Below, in pieces: positions 1 through 5,746 of a stretch of DNA of 13,009 nt (its first letter is position 1; the number at the start of each line of letters is the position of its first letter). This DNA comes from a bacterium. GTDB taxonomy: Bacteria > Patescibacteriota > Patescibacteriia > CAIQCM01. The notes under the pieces were generated by a model. It was not told the origin of the DNA and ran no database searches. It was given only the letters and a program-made list of their open reading frames with translations. The stretch is taken from NCBI GenBank assembly GCA_023246535.1, contig JAHFIF010000001.1:14688-27696 (forward strand). Reading direction: 5' to 3'. A program made the position numbers and the translations under genes.

Positions 1-174
1 TACGTTTATTACGGCGGCGGCGACAAGGTGGTGGGGATCGCGACCATTAAAACGGAACAGTTGCTCAAGCACCTCAGGGGCAAAGGTAAAAAAGCCGCTT
101 CGCCCAAAAAACCGCGTGCAGCAACGGCCAAGAAATCATCCGCTGTTCCGAAAACGAAGAAAGCGAAAAAATAA
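1..174 (+). CDS. 3' end of an upstream gene continuing beyond the window; product unknown. Ends in a Lys/Ala/Pro-rich basic tail (…KGKKAASPKKPRAATAKKSSAVPKTKKAKK*).
   Basis: Open frame from base 1 to a TAA at 172-174, followed immediately by a strong terminator. The histone-H1/HU-tail-like low-complexity basic C-terminus is coherent protein sequence. Confidence 0.5.
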   Translation, partial: YVYYGGGDKVVGIATIKTEQLLKHLRGKGKKAASPKKPRAATAKKSSAVPKTKKAKK

Positions 175-181
175 TTTTGAC

Positions 182-212
182 AAAACCCCGCCCGCCCGGC
201 GGGGTTTTGTGT
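182..212. terminator. Rho-independent terminator, probably bidirectional: aaaa-CCCCGCC-cgccc-GGCGGGG-ttttgtgttt.
   Basis: 7-bp all-GC stem and 5-nt loop, with a T-run on the + strand and a T-rich run on the - strand. It sits right after the stop of the 1-174 CDS. Confidence 0.65.
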
Positions 213-214
213 TT

Positions 215-242
215 ACTTAAAAGTCCGATCGGACCTTTAAGT
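215..242. repeat. 28-bp near-perfect palindrome ACTTAAAAGTCCGATCGGACCTTTAAGT (one mismatched pair). Candidate protein-binding site, or a second hairpin.
   Basis: The sequence matches its reverse complement except at 2 symmetric positions. AT-rich arms flank a GTCCGATCGGAC core. It lies between two terminators in a 3' intergenic region. Confidence 0.4.
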
Positions 243-268
243 AAAACGGATGATCATTATCGCCGCGG

Positions 269-300
269 AAAAAAAGAAAAACGCCGAGCTGGGCTCGGCG
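269..300 (-). terminator. Rho-independent terminator for the - strand gene 324-1133.
   Basis: Perfect 8-bp stem cgccgagc/gctcggcg with loop tgg (282-300). On the - strand it is followed by TTTTTCTTTTTTT (+ strand A-run 269-281). It lies about 25 nt past the stop at 324-326. Confidence 0.65.
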
Positions 301-323
301 TCGGTCGGTTCGGTTGCGGTCGG
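301..323. repeat. Short (T/G)CGGT tandem tract (tcggtcggttcggttgcggtcggt) in the 3' UTR of the - strand gene.
   Basis: About 5 tandem CGGT(T) units are visible by eye, between the stop codon (324-326) and the terminator hairpin. Confidence 0.3.
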
Positions 324-1133
324 TTAGATCTTGATGATGCGGGAAACGCGGCCGTCGCGCAGTTCGACGATGCCGGCGGTGACCCGGGCGCCCCAGCGCG
401 CTTTGGCGATCGCGCGTTCCACGTTGGCATGCGATGCGCGCAAGTCGGCAGTCAGTCGGTCGAGCTGCTCGTCGAAAGAGCGGAAGGCTTCGTCGCCGCC
501 GTAGCCGCCGCAATCCATGTGGATCGTGAGGTGGACTTGGGTGAGCGGCGTCGAGTCGTGGACGGCTCGCGCGAGATAGTCGATGAGATACGCGCCGCGT
601 GGGCTGCTCGGATCGGCGGCCCATTTGGCGCCGCCGGCCATGGTGAGGAGCGAATAGGCGCCCGGGCCGTACGCGCGTTCGAGCGCCGCAAGCAGGCCGC
701 CGTCGGCGCCATGCATGCGCCAGTCCATGCAGGCGACGGTCAGGTGCTCGGGAAGCGGCAGGTTGTAGCAGCCGAAGCGTCCCAGATCGACGGCCAGAAA
801 GACCGTGTCCGGAATGTCGACTAACTTTGCTAGTTCGTCGGCCAGATGCTGCGCTGATTTGGCGAGTGCGACGATCACGCGCCTGATGCCGTGGCGCTTG
901 GCGGCGGAGATAATGTGTTCCGCCAACATCTTGGCTTGCGTCGGATCGTTGCCGGCGGCGTCGTCGGGCACGGTGAGCAGGTCGTAGCGTCCGGGTCGTT
1001 CGCGTTTCAGCGTTTCCATGATCGCGCGAGCGACCGGCGGATCGTCCTGTTTGCCGAAATGGTGGGCGCCGGCGGCGGCGAGCGTGACAATGAGCGTCGT
1101 GCGTCCGCCGGCATGTTGGCCGCATGTGTCCAT
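324..1133 (-). CDS. Hypothetical protein (269 aa) with beta-carbonic-anhydrase-like zinc-ligand motifs (ACMDWR … IHMDCGGYGG) but a non-canonical, longer N-terminal region.
   Basis: Strong SD AAGGAGAA 4-5 nt upstream of the ATG at 1133, and a canonical promoter upstream. The CxDxR and HxxCGG motifs occur in the order seen in beta-CAs. The overlapping + strand ORFs (177-824 and others) start inside a terminator and read as Arg/Ala-rich GC-noise. Confidence 0.6.
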   Translation of the reverse strand: MDTCGQHAGGRTTLIVTLAAAGAHHFGKQDDPPVARAIMETLKRERPGRYDLLTVPDDAAGNDPTQAKMLAEHIISAAKRHGIRRVIVALAKSAQHLADELAKLVDIPDTVFLAVDLGRFGCYNLPLPEHLTVACMDWRMHGADGGLLAALERAYGPGAYSLLTMAGGAKWAADPSSPRGAYLIDYLARAVHDSTPLTQVHLTIHMDCGGYGGDEAFRSFDEQLDRLTADLRASHANVERAIAKARWGARVTAGIVELRDGRVSRIIKI

Positions 1134-1175
1134 GTGGTTCTCCTTGCGAGTTGTAAAGAAGGTTTTGCTGCCGCA

Positions 1176-1204
1176 AACTTAGCCGAAATTCAACGTTTTG
1201 TCAA
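1176..1204 (-). promoter_or_regulatory. Sigma70-type promoter for the gene 324-1133: -35 TTGACA (1199-1204), 17-bp spacer, -10 TAAGTT (1176-1181).
   Basis: On the - strand: TTGACAaaacgttgaatttcggcTAAGTT, about 35 nt upstream of the SD/ATG. Confidence 0.5.
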
Positions 1205-1218
1205 GGCTATCCGGCAAT

Positions 1219-1250
1219 AAAAAAGCCCCGCACCAAGTGTGGTGTGGGGC
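1219..1250 (-). terminator. Rho-independent terminator of the NfeD-flotillin operon.
   Basis: 11-bp stem gccccgcacca/tggtgtggggc (one G·U pair) with loop agtg at 1225-1250. On the - strand it is followed by TTTTTTATT (+ strand A6 at 1219-1224). It lies about 25 nt past the flotillin stop (1275-1277). Confidence 0.65.
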
Positions 1251-1274
1251 TGTTGAAAGCGATCGTTCCGTCGG

Positions 1275-3074
1275 TTAGCCGACAGGCTTGTCGCTGGCGG
1301 GCGGAACCGCGGTTCCCCCGAGGCGCTGCGACAGGCCTTGGACCAGACCGGTGAGCGTGCTGAGAGCAGTCATGGCCGCAGCCTGTGTCTGCGGGCCGGC
1401 CGCGTCGAGGAAACCCTCGGCGTTGTTGGCAATGCCCATGCCGTTCTTGAGTGCGCCGAGCAAGTTGGCGACGTCTTCGTGCGTGCCGACGACCGTGCCG
1501 GTGATCTTGCTGACCAGCGTCGCGGTGGCTCTGGCCGACTCGATCCGGACCTCAGCTTCCTTGCTGACACGCAGCTTGGCAAGCTCGAATTCCTGTGCCG
1601 CGGAGCCGTGTTTTTCGCGGGCCTCGAGCTCGTTCTGGAGCACTTCGACCCGGCGTTGTTCGACGTCGACCTCGGCCTTCTTGACCGTGATCGGCACCAT
1701 CTGCTCGGCCTGGAGACCTTCGGCGCGTTTTTTCGCGGCGGAGGAATCGGCGTCGGCTTTGGTCGTGATGGCCAAGGCATCGGCTTCGGATGCGGCTTTG
1801 CGACCCTCGGCGTTGGCCTTGAGGGTGTAGGCTTCGGCATCGGCAGCGCGCTGCTTGGTGACGTACTGGGAATCAGCCGCGCCTTTGGCGGCGATGACCT
1901 GTTTTTGCTGTTCACGATCGGCCTCGGCCACGACCGTCACGGTCGTAACGTCTTGGCGGGCTTTCTCGGCCTTGGCCTCGGCCTCGGCTTGCGTCTGAAC
2001 CGACCTGGCCTTCTTGGCCTCGGCCTCGGCAATGGCGGACAGCTTTTCACGAGTCGCGACTTCGATCGCTTCCAGCTTCTGCTGTTCCGCGACCTGCGTC
2101 GCCTTGTCTTTCTCGACGCCCTTGATCGCGATTGCTTGTTCGGTCTCGAGCCTCTTCTGTTCGGCCTCTTGGCGTTTCTGGGCGGTGATGATGGCGATTT
2201 GCGCCGCTTGCCCTTGTTCCGCCGTGGCCCTCTCTTGATCGAGCAAGAGGATGGCTTTGCGCGTTGCGACATCTTGGGAAGCACGGGCCTGATCGCCTTC
2301 CTTTTCCAGCGTGTTGACCTCGGTCTTCTTCTTCTGGACGATGGCGGCGATCGTCGCCAATCCCTGCGCGTCGAAGATGTTGTCGGCGCGCAGCTGCGAT
2401 TTTTCGGTCTGGTCGAGCTTGGAGATGGTCGCCACTTCGAGCGTGAGCCCGTTGTGCTTCAGGTCCGGGGAAACGATGCCGGTGACTTCTTTGACAAAGG
2501 CATCGCGTTCGGAGTTGAGCTCCTCGAGCGTCTTGGTCGCGGCCACCGTCCGCAAAGCGGAGATGAGCTTGTCCTCGACCAGCGTCTCCACCGGCGATTT
2601 TCCCAATCCGTTGCGGCCGTTGTCGCGGGCGTATTCCATCACGCCGCCGAACGAACGAGCCGCTGCCTGAATGCTGTCGCTGTCGGGCATGACGCGGACG
2701 AAGAATTCGGCCTGGACGTCGGCACGCAGCTTGTCTTTGGTGATGAGAGCGTCCTTACCCTCGCGTCCGACCGGCAAGCGCAGGGTCTTGAGCGAGATGG
2801 ACACGACCTGATGGATGACCGGCACGACTAGGCATCCGCCATCCATGATGACCTTGATGCCGCCCATGCCGGTGCGGACGAATGCCTCGGAGGCCGTCGT
2901 TTTCTTGTACAGCTTGGTGATCGTGAGGATGATGCTGGCGACGACGGTGACGGCGATGCCGCACACCATGAGGATGGTTGTCGGCAAAGCGCCGAGCGAG
3001 TGGTTGGCGGCGTTGGCCGCGACTGGCCCGATCAGCATCACGAGCCCGAAGATGATCAATATGACAGCGCCCAT
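1275..3074 (-). CDS. Flotillin-family SPFH/Band-7 protein (FloT/YqiK-like), 599 aa. It has N-terminal hydrophobic segment(s), an SPFH domain, and a long Ala/Glu/Lys/Gln-rich coiled-coil with EA repeats.
   Basis: The residues …ILTITKLYKKTTASEAFVRTGMGG… align with the FloT N-terminus and SPFH core. There is an extended AEAEAKAEKA-type repeat region. SD AAGGAGAA precedes the ATG at 3074. It is paired with an NfeD gene immediately upstream, as in yqiJK/yuaF-floT. Confidence 0.9.
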   Translation of the reverse strand: MGAVILIIFGLVMLIGPVAANAANHSLGALPTTILMVCGIAVTVVASIILTITKLYKKTTASEAFVRTGMGGIKVIMDGGCLVVPVIHQVVSISLKTLRLPVGREGKDALITKDKLRADVQAEFFVRVMPDSDSIQAAARSFGGVMEYARDNGRNGLGKSPVETLVEDKLISALRTVAATKTLEELNSERDAFVKEVTGIVSPDLKHNGLTLEVATISKLDQTEKSQLRADNIFDAQGLATIAAIVQKKKTEVNTLEKEGDQARASQDVATRKAILLLDQERATAEQGQAAQIAIITAQKRQEAEQKRLETEQAIAIKGVEKDKATQVAEQQKLEAIEVATREKLSAIAEAEAKKARSVQTQAEAEAKAEKARQDVTTVTVVAEADREQQKQVIAAKGAADSQYVTKQRAADAEAYTLKANAEGRKAASEADALAITTKADADSSAAKKRAEGLQAEQMVPITVKKAEVDVEQRRVEVLQNELEAREKHGSAAQEFELAKLRVSKEAEVRIESARATATLVSKITGTVVGTHEDVANLLGALKNGMGIANNAEGFLDAAGPQTQAAAMTALSTLTGLVQGLSQRLGGTAVPPASDKPVG

Positions 3075-3111
3075 TGGTTCTCCTTTTCTTTCCGTAACGT
3101 TGTTGGTATCT

Positions 3112-3753
3112 CTACTGGTTGTGATTGTAAGCTTCGATCAGGTACGTGTCGTCTCCTTCCCTGTAGTCGATGATGATGGCTTCGCTGCCGCGCGGCAGCT
3201 CCTCTCCGTCGGTCCGGCAATCGACCTGCTTCAGGTCGCGTTGCTTGTCGTAGACTTGGATCACGCCGGATGTGGCGCTGGCCGCGACGACCAGGGTTCC
3301 GGTGCAGCCGATGATCGCTCTCTTGGAGAGAGCGCTCGTTTCAAGCGTCGGAACGACGCGATGGAACAGCTTGGCGATCTTCCCGGTGAGGAAGGTCATC
3401 GCGACGAAGGAGGCGATCAGCGAGATCCATCCGTAGGCGGCCGGAAAGCGGAGAATTGGCGCGAGCAGCCGGTTAGCGACCGTGCCGGTCACGCCGAAAA
3501 TGAGGGCCGCGATCATAAGGAGGACGGTGATCGGGATTTTACCAACCCCGAAGAGCATGAAGGCGCGATTGAGCGCGCCCTGTTCATGTTCGTGGTTTCC
3601 GTCGGTATCATGGTGCACGTCGTGCTGAATGTCATGGCTCAGGTCATGTTCGGCCTCATGGCCGAACCCTAGGGCCAGCCCGAGCGCGAGCAGAATGCCG
3701 ATCATGAGCGGGATGTTGAAAATCAAATTCTGCCATGCAAATAGCGTCTCCAT
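3112..3753 (-). CDS. NfeD-like (YqiJ/YuaF family) membrane protein with a C-terminal OB-fold domain, 213 aa. Carries a His/Asp-rich loop.
   Basis: TM helices followed by a C-terminal beta-rich domain (…GCTGTLVVAASATSGVIQVYDKQRDLKQVDC…) typical of short NfeD. It sits immediately upstream of the flotillin gene on the same strand with a 37-bp gap. SD-like AAAGGACAGG precedes the ATG. Confidence 0.85.
   Translation of the reverse strand: METLFAWQNLIFNIPLMIGILLALGLALGFGHEAEHDLSHDIQHDVHHDTDGNHEHEQGALNRAFMLFGVGKIPITVLLMIAALIFGVTGTVANRLLAPILRFPAAYGWISLIASFVAMTFLTGKIAKLFHRVVPTLETSALSKRAIIGCTGTLVVAASATSGVIQVYDKQRDLKQVDCRTDGEELPRGSEAIIIDYREGDDTYLIEAYNHNQ
3583..3660 (-). repeat. In-frame 12-nt periodic tract encoding (H-D/E-x-x)n, HEAEHDLSHDIQHDVHHDTDGNHEHE, with 8 His in 26 residues.
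   Basis: Recurrent ..catg.. units are visible on the + strand at about 12-nt spacing. The translation shows His every 4th residue. Confidence 0.6.
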
Positions 3754-3840
3754 TTCCTGTCCTTTCGTTCGTTGTTGCGGATTTTCAAGGGCCGATTATC
3801 GGTCCGCTTTGGAATTTTTCCCAAAACTGGCGGATTTCGT

Positions 3841-3869
3841 TTTTTACCTCATGGATCGTTTTATGTCAA
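3841..3869 (-). promoter_or_regulatory. Candidate promoter of the NfeD-flotillin operon: -35 TTGACA (3864-3869), 17-bp spacer, weak -10 TAAAAA (3841-3846).
   Basis: On the - strand: TTGACAtaaaacgatccatgaggTAAAAA. The leader to the ATG at 3753 would be about 85 nt. Confidence 0.3.
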
Positions 3870-3896
3870 TAGAGAGAATAAACGCCTTTAAGGATT

Positions 3897-3929
3897 AAAA
3901 AACGCCCGTTCACAAAGCGTGAACGGGCG
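3897..3929 (-). terminator. Rho-independent terminator of the gene 3940-4995.
   Basis: 11-bp stem cgcccgttcac/gtgaacgggcg with loop aaagc at 3903-3929. On the - strand it is followed by TTTTTTAATCC (+ strand A6 at 3897-3902). It lies 10 nt past the stop (3940-3942). Confidence 0.7.
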
Positions 3930-3939
3930 AAACGAGGCG

Positions 3940-4995
3940 TTATTTTGTTGGGAAGAGCGGCAGATTGCCGAGAGCGATGACGTCGGGGCGCGTCCCGCCT
4001 TCGGTGTAGGCGGCCATGACGGCGCCTTCTTCGGCGTGCGCTAGCGCGAGAAGCTGGCGCACCGCGATCAGCGTGCCGCCGGTCGAGACGACATCGTCGA
4101 CGATCGCGACTTTGAGACCGCTGATGCGGTCGGCGTCATCGCGGCCGAGGAACAGGTGTTGGATCTTGTCGGTCGTGATGCTTCGGAAGCGGACCTTCAA
4201 AGCCGGCGCCGCCATGTAGGGCTTGAGCTCCTTTCTGGCGACGAAGGTCGGCAGGTTGGCGATCCGTCCCATCACGTGGAGGAGCGCAAGCGCCTTGCCG
4301 TCGGGCATGAGCAAGGCCTGCGTTCCTTTGGGAATCAACTTGACCAGCTCGGCGCCGATCGCTTCGGTCAATTCCCAGTCGCCCAGCAAGTTGAAGAGCG
4401 CGACGCGAACGCCGGGCGCCACTTCACGGATCGGCAGGTCGCGAAAGACGTTGCCAATCACAATGCGGTAGGTCTCGGTTTGGCCTGTAGGTTTTTCCGC
4501 CCACTTGGCCAAGGCCTTGATTACCGCCTCGGTGATGAAGACCGAACGCGATTTCCTTCCGCCGGTCAGATAGAGATGCGGGTCGTCATGGCGCGAACCG
4601 ACGTTCTCGGCGAGAACTTGTCCAGCCGTGACCTTGTCAAAACCGCGGCGGCGCGCTTCGTCGACGATGTGGGCCGGAAAGACCACGGCCTCGGACTCGG
4701 CGACCGATTCGCTGCCATCCGGGGCGATCACGACGACCACGGCCACGTCGACGGTATTGAACGGCGTGCGGCGCAGGCCGTTCTCGATCCCGATGGCAAA
4801 GGCGTTGGGAAACTTTCGATGCGCGGCCAGGGCGCGATTTCGTGCGCCGGTTTCGATCTCGTCTTCTTTGGGCTGCGGTGGCACGCCCGAATCGGATTCG
4901 GTCGTGTGATCGAGCGGTCCGTAGTGAAGAATGTCCAAGGCGGCCTGAACGCCGTTGGCCTTTAGAATGCTGGTCGACGAAAGTGCGAATTCCAT
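3940..4995 (-). CDS. Two-domain fusion protein (351 aa): an N-terminal YjjX-family (NTPase_I-T / DUF84) inosine/xanthosine triphosphatase domain, and a C-terminal type-I phosphoribosyltransferase domain (APRT-like).
   Basis: The N-terminal half carries …SGVPPQPKEDEIETGARNRALAA…FAIGIENGL…HLYLTGGRKSRSVFITEAVIKAL, matching the YjjX signature SGVPEQP…GARNR…AIEAGI…GKLTRASVYHQAVILAL. The C-terminal half carries the PRPP-binding motif KVAIVDDVVSTGGTL. Strong SD AAAAAGGAGAAcc precedes the ATG at 4995, with a textbook promoter upstream. Confidence 0.75.
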   Translation of the reverse strand: MEFALSSTSILKANGVQAALDILHYGPLDHTTESDSGVPPQPKEDEIETGARNRALAAHRKFPNAFAIGIENGLRRTPFNTVDVAVVVVIAPDGSESVAESEAVVFPAHIVDEARRRGFDKVTAGQVLAENVGSRHDDPHLYLTGGRKSRSVFITEAVIKALAKWAEKPTGQTETYRIVIGNVFRDLPIREVAPGVRVALFNLLGDWELTEAIGAELVKLIPKGTQALLMPDGKALALLHVMGRIANLPTFVARKELKPYMAAPALKVRFRSITTDKIQHLFLGRDDADRISGLKVAIVDDVVSTGGTLIAVRQLLALAHAEEGAVMAAYTEGGTRPDVIALGNLPLFPTK

Positions 4996-5044
4996 GGTTC
5001 TCCTTTTTCAAAGTTCGATGCCGATTTAAAGACAGGAACCGCTT

Positions 5045-5073
5045 ACCATACTTGTTTTATTGCCATTTGTCAA
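5045..5073 (-). promoter_or_regulatory. Sigma70 promoter for 3940-4995: -35 TTGACA (5068-5073), 17-bp spacer, -10 TATGGT (5045-5050).
   Basis: On the - strand: TTGACAaatggcaataaaacaagTATGGT, about 50 nt upstream of the ATG. Confidence 0.55.
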
Positions 5074-5112
5074 TGGTCGGGGTGCTCCGTCGCGCGAATA
5101 TGCTCAGGGAAT

Positions 5113-5138
5113 AAAAAAGGCCCGACTTTGGTCGGACC
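5113..5138 (-). terminator. Rho-independent terminator of the gene 5149-5625.
   Basis: Stem ggcccgac/gtcggacc (one mismatch) with loop tttg at 5119-5138, followed on the - strand by TTTTTT (+ strand A6 at 5113-5118). It lies 10 nt past the stop (5149-5151). Confidence 0.6.
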
Positions 5139-5148
5139 GAAGGCGACG

Positions 5149-5625
5149 CTATTGCATCGCATGTTGCGGAATGAGTTGTCTCACTTTCCAGGTCCAGGCG
5201 CGGGCCTTGCGCTTGCGTCCGCCGCGGCTGGCGCGCCGGAATTCGCGTTCGCCATACCCGCCGCGCCGGGCCAGGCGCTCGGCATCAATGATCCGGTCGC
5301 GGCTTTCGGCAAAGCGCTCTCTTTCCAGCGTGTCGAGATGCAGCCTGATGAAATTGGTGAGCGGCAACTTTTCGGGCTTGCCCGACTCACGCTTGATCTC
5401 AACTTCTATCTCTTGCGCCGTTTTCCAAACGGTCAGCGACAGCGCGTCATAGACGTCGTCCTCGGTAACGGGCGACGGAATGACGATGCCGAGCGCGATG
5501 AAGATAACCACGATCACGATGAACGTCCAAGCGGCGTAGTAGAGCACGGCGCCGAGCAGTCCGAGGCCGGCCAGCGCGATCACGGCCAGCAGCAGGAGCA
5601 GTGTTGCCAAGGTCTTTTTGTTCAT
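5149..5625 (-). CDS. Small membrane protein (158 aa): two N-terminal TM helices followed by a cytoplasmic, highly basic C-terminal region. Function unknown.
   Basis: Good SD GGAGGTG 6 nt upstream of the ATG at 5625. It has hydrophobic helices (LATLLLLLAVIALAGLGLLGAVLYYAAWTFIVIVVIFIALGIVI), its own promoter and its own terminator. Confidence 0.65.
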   Translation of the reverse strand: MNKKTLATLLLLLAVIALAGLGLLGAVLYYAAWTFIVIVVIFIALGIVIPSPVTEDDVYDALSLTVWKTAQEIEVEIKRESGKPEKLPLTNFIRLHLDTLERERFAESRDRIIDAERLARRGGYGEREFRRASRGGRKRKARAWTWKVRQLIPQHAMQ

Positions 5626-5645
5626 TAAGGCACCTCCGAAAAATG

Positions 5646-5674
5646 AATTTACAACAGTTCATGCGCCATGTCCA
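5646..5674 (-). promoter_or_regulatory. Candidate promoter for 5149-5625: -35 TGGACA (5669-5674), 17-bp spacer, -10 TAAATT (5646-5651).
   Basis: On the - strand: TGGACAtggcgcatgaactgttgTAAATT, about 20 nt before the SD. Confidence 0.4.
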
Positions 5675-5708
5675 CCGGATAATGCCGCGCCCCGCAATCA
5701 AAGCAATT

Positions 5709-5738
5709 AAAAAGAGCGATCATTTGATCGCTCTTTTC
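5709..5738 (-). terminator. Rho-independent terminator of the nitroreductase gene.
   Basis: Perfect inverted repeat agagcgatca-tt-tgatcgctct (5713-5734), flanked by A5 (5709-5712/13) and T-runs, so U-tracts are available on either strand. It lies 12 nt past the stop at 5747-5749. Confidence 0.65.
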
Positions 5739-5746
5739 GTTTCCTG

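Noticed and set aside
177-1220. Long + strand and alternative - strand ORFs (177-824 +, 217-1176 -, 891-1220 +) overlapping the 324-1133 gene
   Set aside because: They are Arg/Ala/Gly-rich GC-noise translations. One starts inside the terminator hairpin. None has an SD. The - strand 324-1133 frame has a promoter, an SD, a terminator and coherent motifs.
1960-2060. Repeated ggcctcggcctcggc / cttggcctcggc units that could look like short direct repeats or a CRISPR-like array
   Set aside because: They are in-frame codon repeats encoding the flotillin AEAEAKAEKA coiled-coil. They have no spacer/repeat structure and no regular period of the CRISPR size.
1338-2831. 497-aa + strand ORF and other ORFs antisense to the flotillin gene
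   Set aside because: These are antisense shadow ORFs of a GC-rich, repeat-rich gene. The translation is low-complexity (GLGLGLGL, DLGLLL) and lacks initiation signals.
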